A stretch of 60,987 nt of DNA, counting the filler, from Globobulimina sp. (taxonomy: Eukaryota): NCBI GenBank assembly GCA_003354225.1. It is 12 parts of 12 records of this genome, joined end to end, with 100 filler letters (N's around TTAATTAATTAA, not from the genome) between each part and the next. Parts side by side here need not be neighbours in the genome. Positions count along the whole stretch, not along the records: positions 45,842 to 50,824 come from PIVH01000792.1; positions 50,925 to 55,906 come from PIVH01000793.1; positions 56,007 to 60,987 come from PIVH01000794.1; 9 more parts are not named here. One strand, written 5' to 3'. Shown in pieces: positions 48,111-57,987 of the stretch. The notes beneath the pieces are model-generated. The model did no database searches, was not told the origin of the DNA, and saw nothing but the letters and a program-made list of their open reading frames with translations. Position 1 is the stretch's first letter, and every line of letters begins with the position of its first letter. The translations under genes were made by a program, and so were the position numbers.

Positions 48111-48884
48111 CTATGGATTCTGATTATCATTTTGTTGATTTCCTCGATTTTGATTTGCGGGCTGTCTGCCACCTCGATAATTGCCACCACCTCCACCACC
48201 TCCTCCTCCTCCTCCTCCTCCTCCTCCGCCCCTGTTCCCCCTTCGTGAATAATAGCATCTTATGCAACATCCCACTGCCAATCCAAAGAAACAACAGCCC
48301 AAAATTACAATCACTACCTCCCAAATTAAGAATTGCCACCATTTCATATTCACCCAATAATCATAGGAAGATTGCGTACATTTATATCTCCCAACACATT
48401 GCCTATAATATCTATGGCCGCTAAGTATTCCTGGTCCGGCTCCTTCCAATGAGGCTATGGCACTGCCACTGTATGCATCTGTTCCGGTGCATGGCTCCTT
48501 AGCTACTTCGTAGAAGCCTTGCGGGCATAATACGTCACAGTCAGTCTCACATTGGCCCTCAATCTCGCCATAATATTGTAATCGTGAACAGACTCCGTCC
48601 AAATCATATTCTTGCCATTTTGCCCAGGTTTTGTCGCCACGGCTAGCACATACCACAGCGGCCTCTAATTTAGAGATTGTATATTCTTGCGGCGAGGGTG
48701 GTGGACCTTCTTTAGATACAACTACATTTTCATGTGGATCAGTATCTGTATGTGCTGCTGATATATGTTGAGTATCCCGTTGGTGATCGCGTTGGTGATG
48801 ACGGTGACGTTTCTTTCTTGAAATTGTATCTCCTGTACATAAGGATAAATATGCGATAAGTATGATTAATAATGTTTGCCTCAT
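48111..48884 (-). CDS. Type I membrane protein: signal peptide, Cys-rich ectodomain, TM, poly-Gly tail
   Basis: MRQTLLIILIAYLSLCTG; WWQFLIWEVVIVILGCCFFGLAVGCC; (GGA)n Gly run. Confidence 0.75.
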   Translation of the reverse strand: MRQTLLIILIAYLSLCTGDTISRKKRHRHHQRDHQRDTQHISAAHTDTDPHENVVVSKEGPPPSPQEYTISKLEAAVVCASRGDKTWAKWQEYDLDGVCSRLQYYGEIEGQCETDCDVLCPQGFYEVAKEPCTGTDAYSGSAIASLEGAGPGILSGHRYYRQCVGRYKCTQSSYDYWVNMKWWQFLIWEVVIVILGCCFFGLAVGCCIRCYYSRRGNRGGGGGGGGGGGGGGGGNYRGGRQPANQNRGNQQNDNQNP

Positions 48885-49215
48885 TTCTTTGTAGATTTTA
48901 TATCGTATTTTATAATTTATACGTGGTTTGTATGTTTTATTAACAACTTGCAGCCGCGAAGGTGCTCAGGAAGGATGGTCGGTGTGTTGCATGCACGGCT
49001 TAGTCTTAGCGCAAGTTTGTACAGTTTTGCTTTTGTGAATAGTGTTGCTGTGTGGCTTTGTGGCTATATTGCCTAATTACCAGTGTTTCAATCATGTGCA
49101 AGGATATCTCATATTAAACAATTTGAAAAAAATAAAACGCATTAAATGCAGAATGATTATATAGGTGAATGGATTCATTTTGATTTTGATTTTGATTTAT
49201 TTATTTATTTCGTTG

Positions 49216-49533
49216 TTAACTACAACATTTACTATACATTAAAATACTTGTTCCACATAAACACATTCCAACAATCACAAATCCAAGTTGCCAAATTATA
49301 AATTGCCATAAACGTAAATTTATATGTGATCCAGCAGCCAATGTAAATTCTTCCAATGCAGTATCGTCACTGTCATATTTTTCATTCATTCTTATTTTCG
49401 CTATTCCAATATTTTTAGTATCCGATGATTTTGATTCTGACTCTGTTTCTACTTCATACCAATTATATGCTGTGGATGGTATTACCATCAATACAAAAAG
49501 CATTAATATTATCACTGACGACCTTTTCCCCAT
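49216..49533 (-). CDS. Small signal-peptide plus TM protein related to the neighbouring gene
   Basis: SVIILMLFVLMVIPSTA; LWQFIIWQLGFVIVGMCLCG...KCC. Confidence 0.6.
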   Translation of the reverse strand: MGKRSSVIILMLFVLMVIPSTAYNWYEVETESESKSSDTKNIGIAKIRMNEKYDSDDTALEEFTLAAGSHINLRLWQFIIWQLGFVIVGMCLCGTSILMYSKCCS

Positions 49534-49657
49534 TCTCTTGACAGCGAGGTTTTTTAAAAAAAGAGTTAAGATCAAAATGCAATATAAATGCGCGATTACA
49601 ATATTATTAAAAAATAATTCTACGAATTACTGGCACAAGCAACATTGAACAATTAAT

Positions 49658-50635
49658 TTATATTCCATTGAGGAACTCTCGTAGCTGAATTACATTCATA
49701 TCTTGGTTGATTAACACATTTGTATTTTGTTTATGTCCGCTTATCTTCGAATCAGAAGGAGAAATCTGATATTGTTTGCCAACTGTATTTATATCTGTTC
49801 TTGTATTTGTATTCATATTTGTATTTTTGTTTGTATTTTTATTTATATTCCTCTCCGTATCTCTTGGTTTAACATAAAATTCAAGTGTACCGTTTTTACT
49901 ATGCAATGTTTTGAATAATTTCTTATTTTTTCGTTCCAATTCCGCAATTATATTTTCATAATTTTTCTGCACTTTTTTATGTTGCATTGTTAAATTTGCA
50001 CATTTTGTGCTGTTCTCTTTACATAACTCATTTTTTTGCTGTCTAAATTTATGTATCTCTGCAATTGATATTTGTTTATTTTTTTCACAACAATTCAGCT
50101 TATTTATATAGTTTGCATTTGATGTCTCCAATAACGGTATTTCCTGTTTATACTGCTTCAATCGCACCATCTCTACTTTTAATTTATCATTCTCTCGCAT
50201 TAATTCGTCATATTCTTCCCGTGCCACTGTCATAACTGATATTTTATTGTTATTATTATTATGATTGCTCTCAATTCTACGTTTTTTTATTTTTTGTGTT
50301 TGTCTCACAACTTTTGCGTACTTCCGTTTTCTTTTACGGTTTGTATTTTGTATCTGTTTGTTTGTATTTTGTGCCAATATTTCTTTTTGTATTTCCATTC
50401 TTTTTTGATTTGTATCATTAACATCTGTCTCATAGACAGTTCTTTTGTATTTGTCACTAATGTCACCATCACAACTCTCATTCGAATAAAATAGTTTATC
50501 AAATTGTAGGTCTTCATCAAATAGACATTTTTTCTCAAAATTATTTGTATTATTTTGATTAATTCGTTCTGTTTTTTCCCGTTTTAATGTGTCTCGCTGT
50601 TTCATCGCACATTTGTATTGTTCAAAATTGTCCAT
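49658..50635 (-). CDS. Coiled-coil hypothetical protein with basic NLS-like patches
   Basis: RKRKRK, KIKKRR, heptad-rich region; start uncertain because the upstream part abuts the RNR fragment. Confidence 0.55.
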   Translation of the reverse strand: MDNFEQYKCAMKQRDTLKREKTERINQNNTNNFEKKCLFDEDLQFDKLFYSNESCDGDISDKYKRTVYETDVNDTNQKRMEIQKEILAQNTNKQIQNTNRKRKRKYAKVVRQTQKIKKRRIESNHNNNNNKISVMTVAREEYDELMRENDKLKVEMVRLKQYKQEIPLLETSNANYINKLNCCEKNKQISIAEIHKFRQQKNELCKENSTKCANLTMQHKKVQKNYENIIAELERKNKKLFKTLHSKNGTLEFYVKPRDTERNINKNTNKNTNMNTNTRTDINTVGKQYQISPSDSKISGHKQNTNVLINQDMNVIQLREFLNGI

Positions 50636-50664
50636 AACAGCTACCTTTCCATTGATTCTTTGCC

Positions 50665-50824
50665 CGCTTTCGATGACATGTATCAGGGGCTGGAAGGGAG
50701 AGGCAAAGGTCGTGTGACAATCAAGGCTCGGCAACTTTGGTTTAAGATTCTTGAGTCCCAGATGGAGACTGGCACTCCGTATATGCTGTACAAAGATGCT
50801 TGCAATCGAAAGTCCAACCAACAA
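50665..50824 (+). CDS. RRM1: Fragment of class I ribonucleotide reductase large subunit at the contig end
   Basis: [41 protein letters not shown] is a conserved eukaryotic R1 segment; no upstream R1 sequence. Confidence 0.85.
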
Positions 50825-50924
50825 NNNNNNNNNNNNNNNNNNNNNNNNNNNNNNNNNNNNNNNNNNNNTTAATTAATTAANNNNNNNNNNNNNNNNNNNN
50901 NNNNNNNNNNNNNNNNNNNNNNNN

Positions 50925-51787
50925 CAATGCATTGTTATTATACACAACGGATTGATAAATCGCTAAATCTTTTTCCTTTTCTTCTTTCTCTCTTTTTCTT
51001 TTTCTTTGTGTTTGAATGTGCGACGATGTGGAGGTCGAAACAAATTTGTTTTGGCCGCTTTTAAATCGATTGATATCATTTAATCGCGGACAGTTTCTCT
51101 GTTTCCGGTCAATTATTTGACAAATTACATCCATATTAATATCATACGAATCGTCCACAGTCCTTTTCTTGTTTAGCTCTGCCATTTTATCCCTTTCTTT
51201 TTCTATTCGTATCGGTGAGATTCGCAGAGTGTGATCCATAAAACAATGAATATTATCCATCATATCCTGGACTGCCATACTTCGCATTCTTTCATTATTA
51301 TTATCGACAAAATATAATTTATTTACATTCTCCGCCTGCTTATAATCACTTATTTTGTCCCTATGGCTTCTTCGTAAAATAAAACAGTTTTTCAATTGGC
51401 ATAAGTTCGCATTCTCGTTTTCTTCGTATTTAATCATCAAATCATTATTTTGTGTTATTATCTTAAAATCTGTTAAGACGCGGTTTAAATTGTAATTAGG
51501 CCCTAAATCTTCATTTAATATGTCATAAAAATTAATATTCACTTTTTTCTCTGCGTTTCTTTCTTTTTCGAACGAGATCCATTTACTATAAATGTCGCAA
51601 ATTATTTTTAACCGTTTCACTGCGTCGGATGTATGCAATGCATTTAATTCTTGCTTTATACTCTTCATTGCATCGCTATCAATGCCCAACATCGCAAATA
51701 CCTCCTTTTGTTTAATTTTGTATTGTTTTTATAATTTGTTTTTGTTGTATATAAACATACATTCGATGATGACTTATGTTCTGTCAT
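50925..51787 (-). CDS. Hypothetical protein, 3'-truncated; intron about 51702-51760
   Basis: MTEHKSSSN|VFAMLGIDSDAMK...CQLKNCFILRRSHR...MDNIHCFMDH; paralogous 5' end at 55681. Confidence 0.65.
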
Positions 51788-51850
51788 CGCAATCGAATAT
51801 GGATGCTAGTATTTCTTGTCTGATCAAGGAAGGATTTTCAGTGCAAGGAT
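51573..51850. repeat. Left arm of ~280-bp inverted duplication (right arm 55618-55906)
   Basis: Reverse-complement match with scattered substitutions and an indel in the intron. Confidence 0.92.
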
Positions 51851-52068
51851 ATCTTTGTAAAACAAATGAGATTAAAGTTTTTGAAAAGTAGATGTGAGAG
51901 TGTGTGATATTCCCAGTTTAACTTCCGTGATATGTATAATTTTGATAAAAAGTAGTGGGGCAGAATTCAATCAGGACGCAATTAAGTCCGATTCCAGACC
52001 CCTCACAGATTGCTCAAACATGCCTTGTGAGACTGGGAGAGAAATTTCTTAGTAAAGGTTTTTGTCTG

Positions 52069-55000
52069 ATGGGTTGTAGTTTGTCAGGCAATGCCGACTT
52101 AATAGAACGCCTAACAGAATCTCCATTTTTCTGCTTAGAAAATGCGGACAATAACAATAACAACGCCACCTCACATCTATCATCATTGTCAAAACGTTTC
52201 ACAAAACGCAGATACGCCGCAAATCAAAGCCTATGGCAAAAAGGAGATATCCAGAGCACATTCAATATAATCATCCAAGGTATGCATATACGCAAAATCG
52301 CAATTAATTTTATATACAGCCCAAAAACACGTACATGTACATATTGAGGCGAAGTACGTTTACAATTCAAAGAAGACTCTGGCAAACAAATGGTGATCAT
52401 CTCGAAAACCAAAGGACAATGTTTCGGTTTCGATGCGTTGCAATACAACAACGACAAAATAGTATACAACAGCATCGCCGTCACAGATTTAATACTTTAC
52501 CAGCTATCATCCTATGACTTACATCGCTATTTTCGACTCAATACCGACAGTTATAACCTCTTCCAAAGCTCGCACATTATCCCAATCTCCAACTACTTGC
52601 AGTCCATCAACGTCTTCTCCTCAATCAACAAACACAACGCCTGCTTATTGGCGTCCATGTTCCGCTGGAAGAAAATCAAGAAAAACCAAATCTTATTCCA
52701 CGAAGGCACGCTCGGCGAAGAGTTCTACGTCGTGGCCAAAGGCAGCGTGGCTGTGGTTGTCACCATCGCAAAATCCGAAAATTATTCCATGAAATTGAAC
52801 GACAACAACGACGAAATCATGCTCGGCGGGGCTCAATTATCCATGTTAGACCCTGAGAAATTGAAAACTATTCGCGACGAAAACGGAAACACCGCGGATT
52901 TGCATACAAATACACACGAAAACGATATAGAACACACTCAGACCGCTGCAAAACAGGACGACACGCGGATTGTTTATGAGTTTAAGAATGGCGATTATTT
53001 CGGCGAGGTGTCGTTAGTGATCAAAATACCGCGGACCGCCACCATCAAAGCCATGCAAGACACGACTTTGTTGGAACTGCGCAAATCGGACTTTCAGAAA
53101 TTTATTCCAGACAACAGCCAAATAAAAATTGAGCTGGAAAAGGTGGCGCATGAACGCATCGCGCAATCTTTCCGAAGATACAAAATCCCGCTGTTCAACG
53201 CCGTGCCGTTGGATATGTTCCACATTTTGTCCCGTTTGTCGCTGATTAAGTATTACAAGAAAGGCGACGTGATTTGCGATGCTCAGAGCAAGCAACGGGC
53301 GCTGTACGTGATTGCTCACGGAAACGTCGGTGTATATGTCACGAAACAGCGTATAACCAAAAAGCAGACAGAAACAGCGCAGATAACCAATATAACGGTG
53401 ACCAACGACGATGCAATCAAAGAGAAACCAGCGCAGAAACGGATATCCAAACATTTGTTGCCGAACAATATACATTTAATTGCGTCCATGGCACAGCGCG
53501 AAAAATTGAATCGCGAATTGATGCGTTTGTCGTTCATATCGCAACAGGCCGTGGATAATAATAAAAATAAAGAGCCGCCGACAGGGAATGATGATGAGGG
53601 CTCATCTTCGTCGCCTTCGCAGTCACCGGTGCCGAATGCAAACAATTTGAGCAAAGTGAAAGCAGCGGAGAACAATCCGATAACTCCGCCGCCAAACGTC
53701 AAAGAAGAGCGCATTGCAAATTTGAATATCAATTTAAACGCAAATACAACGCGGCAACAAAGCAAAACGTCGACACCGTCGCATGTCCGCTTCCACACTG
53801 CGTTGGATACACCGATCCAGAATAAAAAGGCGGTGCGGCCCGACCTTGATACTAAGCGCAGAAACTCGGAGAATATAAACGTGAAAATGTCGAACCTGAA
53901 TATACATTCTCCAATGAGTGCGAACCGAGCGTACCGCATTCATTTTGAACTGGAACGCAAAGAGAAATTTGTGCGCATTGCGGAGCTGATGAAACCGGAT
54001 GAAAATATCGAGAGATTACGGAATCAGTCCCGTCGTACTTCGCGCATTTCAAATTATAGCTTGTTTGATGGAGAGAGTCGTTTTCGCACTGAATCTGTCT
54101 ATTCCATCTCGGGCAAAACCAATAACGATGCGACTAACACTTTGGTGGTGCCGTTGATACAGGAAATGGTGAAATGCGACCCGTCGGATCCCGCTTCGTT
54201 TGGCAATTTCGGCGGAGTGCATTTGCATTCTCGGCGCAATACACACAGTCAGTTGGCGGACATGATTGAGAGACAAGAAAAAGAGCACGAATTGAAAGGG
54301 AGTGCCGGCGGAGAACCGGAGTCATTGATCCAATACCAATCCAGCTCGGAGAAAGCAAGCATTGTTGCCGAGGAATCCGAGGAGAAATCCGATATGAAAC
54401 AGGAAGAAAGGGACGGAATGAAACTGCGGGACTTCAAATCTGCGGATGGCAGCATAACGTACACTGAGATCGAAGTGAGTGTGTTGCAAACGGGCAACTT
54501 CTTCGGAGAGACGAGTTTGATGCAAGAAGCAGACGAGAATGCCAGCCAAGATTCAGCTGGCTATGAAGAATTAGGTCAAAACACGCCAACCGCTCCGGAA
54601 ACACCAGAATCGCCGCAATTGCAGCACAAGCCATCGATTTATGACATATTAAACCAACAGGTTTGTCTGCATTGCGTTGAGTTGACATGCTTTGTCACTG
54701 TTTTTCACTTAAAAATGCACAGAATGGGAGCATGCCAACTAAGATCTCGCGAGCAAAGACGGCGCCTTTAATGACGAGCAAAGGTGGCAGCGGCAATAAG
54801 TTGGACAGTACGCGCATAGCGTACCGGGGCAGCCATACCACCTTTCGTTGTGTGACCGGCTGTGTCATTTATAGCATAGACAAAGAGTCTTTGGACGAGT
54901 TTTTCCGACTCGTTCCGTCGGCGCGCCGCTGGTTCGATATCATGTTAAGTAAATACAACGTGTCATTGGACACCGTGCTGCATATTCCGAGAGCGGCGAG

Positions 55001-55694
55001 ATACTTTACATTATTTTTAGAGTCTGAGTATGCGCAGGAAAATATTCATTATGTTTTGTCTGTGAATGAGTACAAAGAAGCCTTTGATTGCATAGATTAT
55101 GTGTCGAGGGTGGAAATGGCGAACATTATCTGCAAACATTTCATTTCCGTCGACGGCAAACAACAAATCAATGTGTCTTATCGGCAAAGGAAATTGATAT
55201 TGGACAAGATTGCAATGGGCGGCGACGACAATATTCAGAAAAACATGTTTGATCTCACACAGAATGCGATTTATATCCTATTGGAAAGAGATTGTTTTCC
55301 GCGATTTAAACAATCGCATTTTTTTCATGAGTTTTTAAAGGAAGCGGAAAATTTGGCACTTGCTACGAAGGAAGAATACGAAAAGGAAATAAAAGAAGAA
55401 GAGGCATATATCAATATTAAGCACAAAGAATCGCAGTTATTTCATATTAAACACACAAACAATTCACATCAGGCCCAATATAGCAATGGCTATGACCAAT
55501 CACGGTCGTTTAGCAACTCTTTCTTGCTTTCATTGTTCCAATCTCTTTTTTCTTGTTGTTGTTGTTTGTATATTGTTCTTTTTGTTTGGTTAACTTATCC
55601 GAAACAAAAGTCATTTCATCCTTGCACTGAAAATCCTCCCTTGATCAGACAAGAAATACTAGCATCCATTTTCGATTGCGATGACAGAACATAA
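52069..55694 (+). CDS. Putatively N-acylated protein with three cyclic-nucleotide-binding domains and a C-terminal RGS domain; introns 52280-52348, 54661-54722; 3' end uncertain (possible intron 55505-55610)
   Basis: MGCSLS start; CNB motifs GQCFG, FHEGTLGEEFYVVAKGSV...GDYFGEVSLV..PRTATIKA, LYVIAHGNV...GNFFGETSL; RGS YFTLFLESEYAQENIHY...QINVS...FDLTQNAIYILLERDCFPRFKQS. Confidence 0.85.
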
Positions 55695-55906
55695 GTCAGC
55701 ATCGAATGTATGTGTATATATATAATACAATTAAAAAAAACAAATTATAAAAACAATACAAAATTAAACAAAAGGAGGTATTTGCGATGTTGGGCATTGA
55801 TAGCGATGCAATGAAAAGTATAAAGCAAGAATTAAATGCATTAAATACATCCGACGCAGTGAAACGATTAAAAATAATTTGCGACATTTATAGTAAATGC
55901 ATCTCG
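55681..55906 (+). CDS. 5' end of a paralog of 50925-51787; intron 55708 to about 55777
   Basis: MTEHKSASN|VFAMLGIDSDAMKSIKQELNALNTSDAVKRLKIICDIYSKCIS. Confidence 0.7.
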
Positions 55907-56042
55907 NNNNNNNNNNNNNNNNNNNNNNNNNNNNNNNNNNNNNNNNNNNNTTAATTAATTAANNNNNNNNNNNNNNNNNNNNNNNNNNNNNNNNNNNNNN
56001 NNNNNNAACAAGAGAGTCAAATGGCAAAGGGAACGTATGAAG

Positions 56043-56314
56043 TTGAGATGCCCTGAGATGTCATCTCAAAATGGTCTGAGATGGCGTTGAGATGGTCTGA
56101 GATGGTGCTGAGATGGCCTGAGATGCTACTGAGATGCCTTGAGATGCCTTGAGATGTTTGATTGAGATGCGTTGAGATGCGTTGAGATGCGTTGAGATGC
56201 GCAGAGACATTTTGAGATGCGCTGAGATGACATTTTGAGATGCGCTGAGATGCGTTGAGATGCGCTGAGATGCATTTTGAGATGAGTGAGATGCATTGAG
56301 ATGCGTTGAGATGC
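56043..56314. repeat. 10-bp satellite (TGAGATGCGT)n, degenerate, about 25 units
   Basis: TGAGATG core repeated at about 10-11 bp period. Confidence 0.92.
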
Positions 56315-56410
56315 TCAGGGCGTAGCCCTGATATATTGTACATATATACATATATATATATGTATTGTATAAGTAATGTATGTCAGGGCGTAGCCCTGAT
56401 ATATTGTACA
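56315..56410. repeat. 28-bp direct repeat x2 (56315-56342, 56383-56410) containing hairpin TCAGGGC-GTA-GCCCTGA
   Basis: tcagggcgtagccctgatatattgtaca read twice, separated by an AT/TA-rich spacer. Confidence 0.9.
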
Positions 56411-56640
56411 ATACATCCACTCAAGAGGTGGAACAAATGATAAATTCGCGTTTATCTGTTCATCCACGGCCCAAGCATCGAAGGGATAGGGCCGGGGATG
56501 TGTTATTTTACGACGGCGATCGTGTTTCGCTTGTCGATTCAGCCTGGATATTGCGAGAGGCAAAAGATGCCATGTATGAGCATTTAAATGATGGTGTACC
56601 ATTATTAAAGAGTCCGTTCAGCGGTCATGGTCCACTTTGA
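56410..56640 (+). CDS. Probable last exon or fragment of an unknown gene, convergent on the next gene
   Basis: Coding-like open frame NTSTQEVEQMINSRL...SPFSGHGPL* followed by an AT-rich 3' region. Confidence 0.4.
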   Translation, partial: NTSTQEVEQMINSRLSVHPRPKHRRDRAGDVLFYDGDRVSLVDSAWILREAKDAMYEHLNDGVPLLKSPFSGHGPL

Positions 56641-56909
56641 TTTATCGTGCTGTGTGTTTTGTATATTTGTTGCATGTAAATTGGTTGCTTTATTTGATAC
56701 GTATTATAAACTGTGCCTTTTTTTTTTATTTATATAATGTACTGCAGCTTAATTATAAACTGTTACGCCTTTTTTTTTTAATTTATAGTAATTTTATCCA
56801 ATTTACAGTTTGAATTTTTGTGCAAGGATAATTATAACTAGCTAGATATCTGAAAGATTATTATTACAAATCGCACAAAAAAAACATTCGCACAAATAAT
56901 TATAAGATA

Positions 56910-57777
56910 TCATAGGTCATCCCAATCGAAACTTTCATCATCATTTTCTTCGTCTTTTGCATCATCATTTTCTTTCCGAGGTAATACGTATCCTCCAGTC
57001 ATAGCATCCACAAATGTATCAATTGGATTTGGCTTTGCACTGAGATTTTGTGCCAATCTTCGAACCCAATTATAACCCACTTTCAACGCGTCACCTCCAT
57101 ATGGCTCAACCTTCACAAATCCACCGTGTCCATAATTTGGCACATAAGGCTCTGTTACTTGATATGTTTTACTTGTTCGCTCCATCTCGGCCAATAACTC
57201 CCTTCTATCCAACTCATCTCCCGTAAATATGAGCCTGTTACGCAAATTATTTAATCTCTGAATAGTATCAAAATCAATTGGGAGTTTGATATTATTAAAA
57301 TCAATCTGATTTCCATCACCATTACCATTTTTGATCGCTTCCATAGTGGTTGCATATAATTCGAAGGTGGCCTCGCCGGCGTCTAGCGGCCCACAAAGTT
57401 CTTTTTTCGTACGCCCCAAAGAATTTTGGTGGGCTAAAATGAATGATAATACAAAATGAATGATAATACATATATATTATATATAACATGCCTCGTAACA
57501 AATCATCATATTTCATTTTTTGATCAAAACTACGTTTCCGATGTTTGTTTAACGTGTCTCCCTGTCGAAACTGCTTGAAAAGGACGAATCGTCCAACTTT
57601 TTCACATTCATGCGCTGCTTTTTGGGTCAGACGCAGTAAATACGGCTCCTGATCGCTGACCTTGTAATTCTCGCTTAAAGATTGAAGTATTTTCTGATTC
57701 GGTCCAAATGGCCAAAAGCTCGCTTTTTTTTCTAAAGGATAGCTAAACCTTACTTTTGATTGATGTTCGACTGCCAT
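56910..57777 (-). CDS. Orphan protein (~270 aa) downstream of the transposase; GC-AG intron 57434-57491
   Basis: ORFs 57322-57792 and 56910-57419 join in frame via AG|GCATGT...TTTTAG; acidic tail ending SFDWDDL. Confidence 0.6.
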
Positions 57778-57987
57778 TGATATTCGACTCAAAAGATTTC
57801 AAACTGTAAAAACTGGCACAAGATTTCAAACCGTAAAATATTGGATAAAATTAAATTGGATAAAATTAAGTACACAGTTTACGTAAAACAAAAATAAACA
57901 ACAAAATACACCGCATAAGCATAAAATAAACAAAAAACTGCACAATATTAAATAAAAAAGAATGTACCACCCGTATGTCAAAAAAAA

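Noticed and set aside
50636-50824. N-terminal extension of ORF 49658-50824
   Set aside because: Mostly antisense to the conserved RNR fragment.
5002-56006. Recurring TTAATTAATTAA between N runs as a biological repeat
   Set aside because: Artificial six-frame-stop linker. Gene neighbourhoods across linkers carry no meaning.
56043-56314. Telomeric repeat
   Set aside because: The unit lacks G runs, is degenerate and has non-repeat sequence on both sides.
56017-56420. ORFs with ISTHLNASQR repeats
   Set aside because: Translation of the non-triplet 10-bp satellite.
56910-57777. RAG2-like identity for the gene next to the transposase
   Set aside because: No kelch repeats or PHD finger, and it is co-oriented rather than convergent.
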